Shown: in pieces, positions 1 to 12,400 of the stretch
Layout: every line of letters begins with the position of its first letter
How positions within the stretch are numbered: position 1 is the first letter of the stretch
From: Bigelowiella natans CCMP2755
Lineage: Eukaryota; Protista; Cercozoa
Length of the DNA: 39,859 nt
NCBI GenBank assembly: GCA_000320545.1
Contig: ADNK01002212.1
Location: 1 to 39,859 of the forward strand
Reading direction: 5' to 3'
Notes under the pieces: generated by a model
The model's database searches: none
What the model saw: the letters and a program-made list of their open reading frames with translations, nothing else
What the model was told of the DNA's origin: nothing
Made by a program: the position numbers and the translations under genes

Positions 1-352
1 TTGGGGGGGGGGGGGTATCGGGGGAAAGAGAGAGAAAGAGATAAATCCCAAATTATATTTAAACTTGTTTGTAGACATTTATAATCACTCCCTCATCATC
101 AACAATCCCCCCCCCCGTCGTTTTGCTGGTGCTAGTAAAAATTAATTCTCTATTTGTTGTATTATTATTTGGGATTGTTTTTCCTTTTCCTCCTCTTCCT
201 CTCAATGCCCCCCCCCCCCCTATTCTATCCAAGCAACATGATAACAACTAGTAGTGTCTATTACCAATTTCTCCGATAATACTTTACCCTTCTCCATCAT
301 TTTCATCATCACCATCGTTAATCTTCTTTCTTGTGTTAAAAAATAATGATAG

Positions 353-1540
353 GTTGCTCGTATGAAACATATTGAAGAATTTCCTCGGTTATATACATAG
401 TTAGTCAATTTATTTATCATCATCATTATCATGCATCATTGTAGGGTAAAATCTATCATTATTTTCCCTCTTCTTCGTCGTCCTCCTCTTCCTTCTCTTT
501 ATCTTTCTAATCATCATGACAAGATATACAACAATACTAATGATGATCTTTCTAATCATCATTACAAGATATACAAACAATACTAATGATGACTACAGGG
601 TCTTGCAGTTGTCGTTCGGAGCAGTCACAGCTTTTTATCTGTTAGCTGGGGTATGTATGTATGTATATATGTATCATAGCAGTCACAGCTTTTTATCTGT
701 TAGCTGGGGTATGTATGTATGTATATATGTATCATAGCAGTCACAGCTTTTTATCTGTTAGCTGGGGTATGTATGTATGTATATATGTATCAATTTACGC
801 ACATTGCCATTATCATCATCATCATCGTCGTCATAAGACGAAGGAGAAAAAGAAAATAAATTATATCTCAATTAACATACTGGTATAATTACTGACTTCC
901 AAAAATGTCTTCTTCATAAATAAAATAAGAAGAAGAAAAAGAAAAATAAGCGCATATATTTCGTAGTTAGTAGTGTGTTGTTTTCTCACTATCTCTCTTT
1001 CTGCTTTGCCTTTGCTTCATTTTGTTTCTCTCTCATTACTAGTGATTCGTTTATGGTTCCTCCTTCCCACTATTAACCCTTCTCCTCTTCATTCTCCTCC
1101 TCCTCCTCCTCCCCCCCCCCCAGGCTGGGTTTTACTTATATGGCAAGTCAACAGACCCCCAAATCACGTTTAACCTCCCAGAATCATGTAAGAAGAGACA
1201 ACAACAACAACAACAACAACATAACATTTAATGATGATGATGATCAAATGATAATACGAATTACAGCCCAACTTCTCATCAGCTATGCAATCATCGTAAC
1301 TATCTTTCTCAAGGTGGTGGTGATAATAACATATTATTTATTAGCATGTTATGATTTAGACTACTACCAGAACTACAACTACTATAAAATATGAATAGCA
1401 TACTCACACCAATACAGCAGCACTTGAATGAAAATGACAATACTATAATTATTATTATTATGTATTGCACATTTATCTTACTCATTATCGGGTGATCATG
1501 GATGGAACCACGAAATAAAAGTTGGTATTGTTGCTGTTAT

Positions 1541-1571
<31 letters not shown>

Positions 1572-3202
1572 CCATTATCATCTTTAAAAACACTACTATG
1601 ATGATTGGTTTGTTGATGCATGCTCCTACCATTAGTTTGCACTCATGCTGAACCCTGTTATCTTGGAACTTGAAGAAATTGCACTTAAAAATGTATGTAG
1701 TATATGTATGTATATTAGTATATATGTTGTTTGTATGTTAACTCCGCATATCCAGCATAGAAGATCAACTATAGAAAACTGTAGTGGTAGTACTACTACT
1801 ACTACTAGTAGTAGTAGTAGTACTACTACACACTAAGATTATTGTTTCAATATCCATTACTAGTAGTTAGTTGTAGAAGCATCATCAGCAGCAGCAGGAG
1901 GAGGAGAAGGAGGAAAAATTGGAGAGATGTTTGTGAGAAGAACAACTACCAGTCTATATTTGTAGATATACTACTAGTAGTATTAGTAGTAGTATTAGTA
2001 GTAGTAGTAGTATTACTGCAACATGCTACTACTACATCAATATACTGTAGTAGTATTACTGCAACATGCTACTACTACTACATCAATATACTACTACAAA
2101 AATGGTATTCCAATTCTCACTTTACCCTTTCTTTTCTCTAATCCTCCTCCTTATGCTTATGCTCTCCTCTCTTCTGTTTGCGTATGTTCTATTGAATATT
2201 CAGCCAACTTTAAGGAGGTGGTTGGTTCAAATGGATGCACGCTCCTCCTTCTCCTCCTCTAAGGCAGCAACAACAGCTACTATGTCTCCAAACACAAAAA
2301 GGGCAATCCCCTCTATAAGACTCTTCTTAGGTACTATACTTGTCATAGCTAATTATGTTTACAGTAGAAGGTTGTCATTGTTGATGGTGATGGTGGTGGT
2401 GGTGTGCCATAAGGTGGCTGCTTGTTATTGGTGGTGGTGATGATGGTGATGGTGGTGGTGGTTCTCGTGTGTCGAAGGCATCGTCGATGATGATGATGAT
2501 GATGATGATGATGGTGGTGGTAGTGGTTCTCGTGTGTCCAAGGGAAGGCATCGTCGATGATGATGATGATGGTGGTGGGAGAATTGATGATGATAACAAT
2601 AGGAAGGAGAGGAGGGTGGTGTGGATTATGTGCTTTTTTCATATCTTTCCTCCTTTAAATTTTCACTATTCTATCAGTATACACTTTGATTGAAATGTGC
2701 GATTTGATTGAATGGCAGATTGATTCATGCTCGCAAGAACATAGAGTAGTAGCATTAGTAGTAGTAGTAGTAGTAGTAGTAGTATATTTGTCCTCCTATT
2801 TATTGAGTTTTTGTACTATACTCAATATGTTAGTGGGCTGTACTGTTGGAACAGCTGTTGTTGTGCCTTATATTGCTCTCATTCACTCTGCTGTTGGGGT
2901 ACTACTACTACAACAACTACTACTACTACTACTACCTACCTACCACTACTACTACTACCTACCACCACTACTACTACTACTGCAACCTAAGATACAACAA
3001 TGGGAGGGGGGAAATATCATCATATAGATTACATCACCTTAACAATGATGATGATGATGATGATGGTGATGATGACGACGACTGTTATTACAGATATTTT
3101 GGTCTACATGCGTCTGTGTTGTTATTCCTTGTATTCTGGCACTTCAGGTAGCTAGATAGGGGTGGGGTACACACGTACTCTCTCTCCCTCTCTCTCCCTC
3201 AT

Positions 3203-3267
<65 letters not shown>

Positions 3268-3708
3268 TTATTAAATATATATTGTGTATGTGTGTGTGTG
3301 TGTGTGTGTGTGCATGTGTGTTGTATTATGTTAAGTCATTATGTGTAGTATCTGACTGAAAACGTAGTATGTTATGTCATTATGTGTAGTATCTGACTGA
3401 AAACGTAGTATGTAGCAGTATTATTTTTGAACTATACCATTGTGAATAATATACTAATATATAGTACAAGTACAAACATGGATTAGATTTTCCTACACGC
3501 ACAGTACCCGTACATGCAGCTGCAAAGAGTGCTGAATATTATACGCATACTAATGCGACACGAACCGCTAAATTAAGATAAACAACTCAATAATATTAAT
3601 AACAAATTATAACAGGAACATATCCTATTATCATTACAACCTTATTATCACCAACATTATCATTGTCAGTATTATCATCATCATTACCTTTTCTTACCAC
3701 CATCATAG

Positions 3709-3757
<49 letters not shown>

Positions 3758-4086
3758 AGTGATATATTAAATTAGATGTCTTCTTCTTCTTCTTCTTCTT
3801 CTTCTTCTTCTTGTTCTCCTTATATAATAATAATGATTATAATAATAATAATCTAGTTACGTGATTGGTCATCTTTCGAGAGGATGATCATTTGGACGTT
3901 AATGGTAGTAGGAAAATAGTAGCTCAATATAGAAGAAGAAGAAAAAGAAGAAGAAGAAGAAGAAGCACGGAGGATGTAGTAATTTGTGCTGATTATTTAT
4001 CACGAAGTTGTTGTTCTTGTTGTTAGGTGTTTGGAATATTGATAATGATTGTAGGATTATACCAAAATGTTCTTAACGTAAGTTAG
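353..4086 (+). CDS. Amino-acid transporter, Aa_trans (AVT1/SLC32-SLC36-like) family; 5' part lies outside the window
   Basis: Phase-consistent GT-AG exons 353-387, 599-650, 1124-1187, 1267-1313, 1636-1692, 2204-2330, 2834-2898, 3094-3147, 3857-3904, 4027-4086 give VARMKHIEEFPRVLQLSFGAVTAFYLLAGAGFYLYGKSTDPQITFNLPESSQLLISYAIIVTIFLKFALMLNPVILELEE...IRLFLVGCTVGTAVVVPYIALIHSAVGIFWSTCVCVVIPCILALQ...VFGILIMIVGLYQNVLNVS*. This follows the C-terminal TM-helix pattern of AVT1-like transporters (M..P..FP.VL; GY..FG....QIT.NLP; K(Y/F)AL...PV...LEE; VP(F/Y)......G). Confidence 0.85.
501..591. repeat. Two-copy ~45-bp tandem duplication immediately upstream of an exon acceptor
   Basis: ATCTTTCTAATCATCAT(G/T)ACAAGATATACA(A)ACAATACTAATGATG at 501-545 and 546-591. 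Confidence 0.9.
620..792. repeat. Three-copy 58-bp tandem repeat spanning an exon end and splice donor
   Basis: Unit AGCAGTCACAGCTTTTTATCTGTTAGCTGGGGTATGTATGTATGTATATATGTATCAT starts at 620, 678 and 736; the copies are identical. Confidence 0.95.
3327..3413. repeat. Two-copy 41-bp tandem duplication in an intron
   Basis: GTCATTATGTGTAGTATCTGACTGAAAACGTAGTATGT at 3335 and 3376. Confidence 0.9.
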
Positions 4087-4130
4087 CAACTATTATACGT
4101 ATCATCTCGTTATGTTAGTGGTGTGTGCCT

Positions 4131-4172
<42 letters not shown>

Positions 4173-4633
4173 ACGCATAATAAATGTCTAATAGTGATTC
4201 ATCCTGGCTAAACGCATTAGGAAATTATGATGATCGCATTATTTTACTACAACAACAAACAAACAACAACACGCATAACAATCACTTACGGTATCAATCA
4301 TCAACTACTAGTAGTACTTCTTCTACTACTAGTACTACCACTACTACTACTACAACTGAAACCCCTGCTTTGGTTCCTTCTCCTTCCTCTTCTATCCATC
4401 CTACAATCCTATTCTTAGATCTATCGATGCTACAATGGGACCAACGAAATTAACAATATGTGCAATTAGCCACTATTACAATAACTACAACGAGAAGATG
4501 AAGAAGAAGAAAAAGAAAGAAGAATACAGTTTGGATTGGGCCGTATAAGGCGTTTAATTTGCTGCTACTTGAAAGTTGTTACTCGAATTATTAAAATAAT
4601 CAAAGATGATATCATCATCACTATCATCACCAG

Positions 4634-4668
<35 letters not shown>

Positions 4669-5269
4669 CTTTCTTCAACAATCCCAGAGACAGATCCATA
4701 ATAATTACTAGCTTGCTTTGTTTATGATCCATCCTGTTATTCATGCGGTGCATGAGTGGAAGGATGATGATGATGGTCCTACAAGTTTAGGAACTGAAAT
4801 TACAGCAGCAGTCAGGCAGCCTCCTCGCCTCCTCGCATGTAGTAGTCGTCGTAGTCTCTAATTTGTAGAGGACCTTCTTGCTTAGATTACTTACCGCTTA
4901 ACGGCCACTATCAATTGCAATAGTACCTCATGTCAGCTTGATACAATCGTCTTAATATAATAATGTATAAAAGGCTTCATACATTTACTTTCTAAAATTT
5001 GGAACTATGTGTACGCTGCTCTATGATCACCACCTCATTAATTGTTGCTATGCATCAAACATGATAACAATGCATTTTAGATGATGCCAAATTGCTACCT
5101 TTGACAACATTACGACTGCTGTGCGAACCTGGGCTGCTAAAAATACAAATATGTCGTCTGACTTGTATTTTAATTGAGTACAACGCTGTTCAACATTGTG
5201 CAATCTAGCAATCGTCACAATGCTTCTTGATGCTCGAAAAAAAATCATCCAAGTAAAATTTGGCAAAAT

Positions 5270-6250
5270 GAAAATGCAGGGTTTTTTTTTTTGTTGTGCA
5301 CTTTCTAGTTTTCTGGCTAGCTAGTTTGCAGACCAGGCCTTCTAGCCCTCTAGCCCTACACTAGCTAGCTAGCACAATGCACATTGTCATTCTGTCTAGC
5401 TAGCTCTAGAGCTAGTCAATCGTGGCCAAGGTTGCTAGGTTGGTCCAAAATTTCTGGACATTTTTGCAAACGGTTTGGATCCATCCGTTGAAATTGAATT
5501 CAAAAATTGCGACAGCTAGACAGGATGAAATCAACAAATTGAACACATCTAGACATGGACAGCTCTAGAGCTTTTGATTAAACACTGATGACACCATGCT
5601 AGCTAGCTTGCGCATGCTGCGCGCGCCGTGCTAGCGTTCATGCCCTGCAACTTTTGCAAAATGCCAGGCTAGCTAGCTAGCATGCAATCATTTTGCGATT
5701 TGAATCATAGCATCGTAGTCTTGACATGCACACAATGCCTAGATGCATCAGGCATGCGGCGATCTCTAGATCTAGCAATCATAGCGCAAGAGTGCATGTG
5801 GTGCACATTGGAGGGGTCGTGCTGTGCGCTGATCGAACTCCTCACACGATATGTGTACACAATTCTTAGCTTTGTCAAGCAAGGCGTGCTCCGTGTTTGA
5901 TCAGGCACTCAATCTATAGCGATCATCCCACGATCACAGAGAGTATCATACGAGAAATGCGATATCACCCGCATTTGGTACCACTGAGATGTGATTGCAT
6001 TGCTATTGCTATCGCTCTAGCTAGCTAGTCTACGCATTAATAAAGCTCTTTAGCTCTCGCGCTCTATTTTCATCTCATGTTCTCATGCAACTACGGCATC
6101 ACACATGCTGCTAGCATGACATGTAAGCTAGTAAGGCGTGTACATGCATGTTCACATGTCGTGTGTCGATCGTACCATTTCGATTCGGTCCATCCGATCC
6201 GTCAGTACAGACAATAATACAATAACAGACACAGCAATATCATGAACATC
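5270..6250. other. TpA-depleted, CTAG-rich intergenic island 1 with degenerate DNA-transposon-like A-tract sequence
   Basis: In 5281-5800 most TA dinucleotides lie within CTAG (e.g. ctagctagctag at 5361-5372 and 5669-5680). TGCA, CATG and GCGC are abundant, with AAAA/TTTT tracts at 5440-5580. Confidence 0.8.
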
Positions 6251-6556
6251 ATGTGAGACGGATGTAATGAAATGTTTAAATTGTTTCAATGGTCATCCTA
6301 ATGTAGCTGTGCAATGCAGCGGCTACAGCGCTTAAATTGTATCTGTTTGTTTCCTTGGTCACATGGCGCATGCATGAAAATGCATCCTGTTTTGGTCTAG
6401 CATGGCGCGCTTTGCGCGCAGCTTCTCGACTAGTTTTCTCTGCGGTTGTGAGACGCGTGGTCTCGTCATTGCGATCCATGATCGCTGTCAGTTGTTTGTT
6501 GATTCTGAGTCGCTGTGGTCCGTATTTCCTGCATTGCAGAATGTGGTCCATGTCTT
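6250..6556 (-). mobile_element. 3'-terminal fragment of a probable non-LTR retrotransposon (LINE-like), copy A
   Basis: The ORF end (E)DMDHILQCRKYGPQRLRI... resembles the E(T/D)xxH(I/L)LxC..Y...R half of the C-terminal CCHC motif of LINE ORF2. Its last 145 bp (6250-6394) recur at 18831-18975. The 5' side is cut by a TA-rich run at ~6557-6595. Confidence 0.6.
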
Positions 6557-6920
6557 CATATATATATATAGTATATATATTATATTATATTATATGTCTA
6601 TCATGACAAAAAGAGCAATGCACATCTTGACATGACTTGATGATGTACGCTTTTTGGCCAGGTCTTCAAGGCCTACACATAGGCAAGAATCCCGATTGGA
6701 CTTGCATGTAGCACAGCGTTCGTGCATCACAGAACAGTGATCACATTGCTAGATTGAACGCTTATTGAACCATCAAACTTTTGTGTCTTCATTGTTGCAA
6801 ACATTGCATGCACAATCATCGCATGCGCCGCTTCCATTCATCTCACAAGTAGTTCACATGAGGGAAAATCTGTGTCATGCAGTACATACCGTGGACAATA
6901 TTGCGACCATTCTATATACA

Positions 6921-7814
6921 TCATGGCCACCCTCTTTTTGCAGTTGTCAGTTTGTCTCTCGTAGCACCACCATCACGTGAAGATACTAAGGTGCGAAGTG
7001 GTTGTCGGGAAGAATGTGTTACCTTGGATATTCTCTGCTTTACTACATTGATCTTAGCCTGTACTAATTTCGTATTTTCACGTATATTTTCCAGCTCCTT
7101 CTTTAGGGATGCTAACTCTTGTTTCTCTTTGGATAGTTCAAGTTTTTTTTGGTGGTTTTGAGATCTGCGCACTTGGCTCAGCTTCCTAAGTCGTAGCGAG
7201 GTTTTCGTTTGCTCTTCTTTGAGGTAATGCAGCTGTTTTTGCAGTACAAACGCGCGATTCTTTCCGCTAAATTGCATCGGTATCTCGAGAAAATCATCCC
7301 CCACTCTTGCCCTCTTACATGCACGTTGGACTCGGCGAATTGCCTCATCGCTCGCCGAAATGGCAGATAAGCGATCGTAAAATTCCATCAGCTTGTGATT
7401 TGCGACTTCATCTTGTTCCTTTTCAACAGCGTACCTGCTGATGCTTTCCTTGAGTTCATTCATCTCTTTTTTAATCGAAGCCTTTTCTTCCTGGTAACCT
7501 TTAAGCCGATTTACCGCATTGTCGTATGATTCCTTAGAGCGTTGCATCAGCTCCATAGCCTCTTCTTTCTCCTGGTCCATCTTCGACTTCTCCAGCACCT
7601 CCATCATACCTCCAATTGACTTCCGGACATCCTCCGATATTTCAATCTTTGCAAATAAGGGAGTCGCATAGCGGGCTGGTGCGGAACATGCTGCACATTT
7701 ACTGTTGGTTGAAACCCAAGACTGTATGCAATTGCTGTGGAAGACATGGCCACAGGGAAGGATGCTCAGCTCTCGTTGCAAAGGCTCTAAGCAGACGATA
7801 CATCTACTCTCCAT
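6921..7814 (-). CDS. RING-H2 finger plus coiled-coil protein (putative E3 ubiquitin ligase, TRAIP-like architecture)
   Basis: Intronless ORF with first ATG at 7814 (MESRC...). N-terminal C-x2-C...LPCGHVFHSNCIQSW...C-x2-C is a C3H2C3 RING, followed by a long E/K/L-rich heptad region. Confidence 0.85.
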   Translation of the reverse strand: MESRCIVCLEPLQRELSILPCGHVFHSNCIQSWVSTNSKCAACSAPARYATPLFAKIEISEDVRKSIGGMMEVLEKSKMDQEKEEAMELMQRSKESYDNAVNRLKGYQEEKASIKKEMNELKESISRYAVEKEQDEVANHKLMEFYDRLSAISASDEAIRRVQRACKRARVGDDFLEIPMQFSGKNRAFVLQKQLHYLKEEQTKTSLRLRKLSQVRRSQNHQKKLELSKEKQELASLKKELENIRENTKLVQAKINVVKQRISKVTHSSRQPLRTLVSSRDGGATRDKLTTAKRGWP

Positions 7815-8031
7815 GACCCCTTCCACAGTGATATTTTAACTGAAAAGTGTCATCCACCCTCCTATCCACGTTTTCCATTCGGATTTATTAGAAAAATCGG
7901 ATGAGGAGGCGGAGCAGGTTGACTACTTCAATTTGGCGGGAAGACATAACTGGTGGCTATTCGAGCGAATAGCGACCGTTTTTTTGGAAAACATAGGCCA
8001 TTTTTCAAATATTCCTTTTTCAGCTGTCGTA

Positions 8032-9180
8032 AGACGACCTTCCTTCACAGGACGACTGGCTGTCCACGTGTGGCTCAAACCCGGCTGTGCCCACCGCTGT
8101 CCAGGTGTGCCGTTCGCACACAACTGGGCAATCAGAAAGAGCTTGAAAAAGGATTGGGGACGTGTTTCAGCACTTTTCCGGCGGGGAGAAAATGGCTTTG
8201 CCCCACACGCCGCATGCAGTGCCAGAGTGTGTCAATTTTTGCAACTTCCTGGGATTTTCCTCACGCTTTTCAATGAAAAATTTGGTTTTTGAAGGTGAAG
8301 ACTTGACTTTCAGCGACGATGTTTTTTTTGTTTCAAGCGCTCACGAGCACGGTTGCAACGGCGGTGGGTGATGCATCTCCAGACAACCGATCAAAACTCG
8401 CTGCATGGCACCAAAAAAATCAGTGAAAAATCAACAAAAACAAGGAGCCGTGAGAAGTCGCTCAGCCTTGCTAGCTTGCGCGTGCTGTGAGGTCGAAGTT
8501 TTGTCGGATGCAAAACACGGGAAAACTCTTGAAGGAGCACGCTCAGTTTGTTTGCAACACGAAAATCAAATCTTGAGCCAAGCTTGTGCGAATTGAAAGA
8601 GAAGTTTGGAACCAACGTCGTGTGACATGTGAATTTTCACAACGCTGCGAGCGCCGCAATTCTGGCACTTGGCATGGCATGTTTGAGCTAGCTAGCTAGT
8701 TGTGTCGCCAATTCAGCTGAATTGCTTGGATTTTCTGAATTGCTGTGGCCATGCTACTACTGGCGCAATGTCAGAATGGTGAGACAACGTGCCATGCATG
8801 CTTGCTGGACGTGTTTGAGACAGCGAGTTTGAACACTCTGGCATTCATTGCGCCCGTGTGGCACACACTCGCGCGCGCGTTCGTTTTGTCATTTTTGAGC
8901 ACAGCGTTGTCCTGCGCTCGTGTGGCTTTGATCGTGCGTGCCGTGTGTTGGATGATCGGCTCATTGCTGTGCTGTGAATCATTGGTCATGTGCACACGAA
9001 TGTGCATGCTAGCATGGCTAGATGGTTTTGTGCATGCATTCCAAAGTCAAAAGTGTCAGCGTGTTGTTGCACACTGGCCAACGTGAGAACGTGAATGCAC
9101 ACGTCGTGCACATGCTGCTTTCCGCAGCTCCATCCGTAGGATGGACAACATGACGCTGCAGCTAGAGCGGCGGACATGAC
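8032..9180. other. TpA-depleted intergenic island 2
   Basis: No TA at all in 8032-8471. Up to 9180 the few TAs are mostly in CTAG (8471, 8688-8699, 9009, 9018, 9162). A-tract core at 8230-8640. Confidence 0.9.
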
Positions 9181-9439
9181 CTAACAACTACGCAACGCTG
9201 AGAGTTCACGTTGCGACGGCTAATTTAGTTGTGATGTTGCTGTGGGTGTTCAATGCTGAGTGCAAAGCACAACCACGCCGCACTGGTTCGTGTCGAGATC
9301 GATCGTAGCACTCGCCATTCGTCCTTCGCTGCACCAAAGATGACACCCTGATCATTGACTAGAGCATCAGCATGGCTCGCCTTTGCAATTACCACCATCC
9401 CCTGGATCATCCTCATTGTCCGCTGGGATATCGATCAGA

Positions 9440-12400
9440 TCTCGAAGCCTTATTGTATGCATAATTATAAAAATAGGTAAGAAAGAGGTAGTAGTAGCTA
9501 TTTGTGGGTCATCATCGGTGACAAAGACCATGCTAATGAGCATGGAACTTTTGCTGTACAAATATGGTTCTACGATAGGGAACTGCTGCTTTTTCCTGCG
9601 TTTTCCGTATTCTCTCTTCATCATCGTCATGGACTCGTAGTTATTGCAGTGGAATCTTACCCTTTAAGGAACTGGCAATCCTTAATACCATCCCCAATTT
9701 CTTTTTGACCCTCGGCCCTTATACTATTAGTGGTGACGGCGCTCTCATTATAGCGTCCGTTGTACAGATGCTTTCCTTCACCATCCCCCGCAGTGCGCAT
9801 ATGATCCTCTAATAAAGCAAGCTATATTATCATCCTTGTCATCAACAGACAATTATTAACCGAGAAAAAAGAATTAATGTAATAAATTTAGTAAATATTT
9901 TCTCAATCCTTTTGTTTATTTGTGCTTCTCTAAATTGATTTAACAACTGGCTTGACATCGTATGCACGCTCCCATTTTCTCTTTACACACTACTATATCA
10001 AATATGTTAGGCTATTTACTCATCAATTGCTAAAACATCATCATTCATCTCTATTTATTCTGCATTAATTATCTTCATATACTGCTTGCCGTGCTTCCGC
10101 AAACGAATCCATTATTATTTTCTACTATCTTCTAAACCACCTCCACATGGCGCGTCAACTCTTCCGCTGAGAGCGTCGTTTTGCATATTTATCCCATTAT
10201 TATGATGCTTCGTGTGACACTTGCCATATGAAGGATAAGTACTTGAAACAACATTCATCCTTATAATAGCCGTAACCAGCTCCTTCTGGCTCAATCTATC
10301 GACTGTAGAAGAAATAGCACTCGTACAAACACTATTATCTCTGCTATCAGTACCAATATCATTGATCAAAAGATTCTGCCCTTGCTTACTGTCATCAAAG
10401 GTTGGATCTGAAGATGTAACTCCAATTGTTGACATCCTGTGACGGAATCAAGAGCCACACCAATCAACACATGGTCCTCAGTCATAAAACGATGCTGTTA
10501 TTCAATTTGCTTTCGGAAAGGGAAACGAGAAAGAGGAGAGAAACGAAAAACCTCAAGAAATGAATCAATAAATTAAGGAAATCGCTAACCGAACATGGTA
10601 ACTTATTTTTCAATATAGTAGTGGTGATTATTACATTGAGTCGTTTCTGTGTATAAAGCCACTACTCGATTCACACACTGCCTCATTTACGCGACAAAAC
10701 TGTCTATTGCTGATATTTCCTTCTCTGCATGCTATAACTCCAGAAGCAAGAAGCTTCTCTTTCTGCCTATCCTCACTTCGTTTTGCAACAACTGCTGCAG
10801 GCACTGAGAGCGTACACAGATGAGATGATCGTAAGTCATCTTGCCCCTCTTCCATTCCCCCTTCTTCGAATTCTCCTCCTCCTCCTCCTCCTTTTCCTTC
10901 CAGTATCCTCATGTCTGCTTCTGTAGAAGTCTGTGTAGTTGGTGTTTTGAGTAATCGGTGATTTGAGATAGTGGCCTCCTAGAAGAAAGAGTAGCACAAA
11001 GGAAAAGAAGAAGGAGAAGAAGACCAAAGAGGACTACTTATAATTAAATTCCACCGTGCAAGAAGAAACTAGAACAACCCATGCATCTTGTTCAATATAG
11101 GTAAATACAAGGAAAAATATGCAACAACTCACATCGTAGTGGTCGTAATGACTATGACTATGATTTTTATCGTCATTAAACGACGATAGATGATATCGAG
11201 AATCGGATTCTTTGTCCACGGCGTTGTTTCGCTCCCCCCCCTCAACTGAAACCAATGTGTGGTCGCTCTGGAAGCCCAATGGATGTGTCGTATCTTCAGA
11301 ATCCACCGTCGATATTAGAGTAGACTGGTTGTTCTTAAGTTGTGGAAAGAATGGATACTCTTTCCCATCATCATCAACACTATTTCTGTATTCATCTGAT
11401 GAGCAACAACTAGCAGTGCTTCGAGTTCTCTGCCCTGAACGAGAGCAGCCTCTTTTAATTTTCACCGCCATCGGCAGCGAGACGGGATGAGTTATGACCT
11501 CGTCCTTCTTTAGAAAAGCCATCTGGTGGTACAGGGGGGGGGTTGAGTGATTATTTAAGGTGGTTTTTCTCATTCATTCGTAATATTGTTTAAATGTTAG
11601 ATCGATTGATATTCAGTTCCAAAAAGCCACAATCATCATCATCATCATCATCACCACCATTTTGTTACACTATGAACCCCCATACTATTCCTTCTCCTTC
11701 TCCTCATCTTCTTCTGTTTCCACTAAACGTCGTCGTCTACGTTGGTTGGATCTTTTGCGATTGACATCTCGAGGAGAGTTTTAGTCAATTTTCTTCTGTC
11801 CGCCTCACTTCGTCTTAGCTCCTGTAGAGCTTCATGCAGCTTCCTAGATGTAGAAGGTAGTACATGATCATTCTCTGATAATACTATTCCCATAATATAT
11901 TTAACATCCCCATACCAGCCTCTCTTTATCATTTTATGCTTTCCGGTGCTAATTTTATATCTTCTTTCCTATCATTACATCTTCTAGCACCTCTCTAAAT
12001 CCCTAACTCGCCTCTGATGCGGGCAGCAAAGATTATCATCATGGAGAAGTTCTGAGGTTGTTGGGAATATATAGAGAAGCGAATGTATGCGATAAAGAGA
12101 TAAAGAGATAAAGAGAACATAAACATGGTTACACCCTTCAGGTAATAAAATATACACCAGGCGCAATTTTCAGAAGGTCCCATAACAACGCAGCCACACA
12201 CGTTTATAGACACACACACACACACACACACACACACAAGCATAAAGTCGTACCATTTTGTCTTTCAGCTGCTGCTGACTCAGATCTTTGCATGGGAGAT
12301 ATTCCCGATTTATTGCTTGAGGGATGTACACAGGCACAGCCTAGGTATGTAAATCACGGGTAAGAGTAGATGGCAGAAGTAGTATAGTATTGATCTGCTT

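Noticed and set aside
620-792. CRISPR-like regular repeat
   Set aside because: Units are fully identical with no unique spacers, the context is a eukaryotic intron, and there are no cas genes.
1645-4753. ORFs with poly-T, S, H, M, V, L or Y runs
   Set aside because: Translations of intronic trinucleotide microsatellites; only the short embedded exons are supported.
4184-4860. Possible small gene after the transporter (MSNSDSSWLNALG...)
   Set aside because: Low-complexity, no consistent exon chain or motif; cannot be supported.
7923-8123. Peptide RLTTAEK shared with ORF 6276-6551
   Set aside because: Codons differ at most synonymous positions and the flanks do not align; treated as coincidence.
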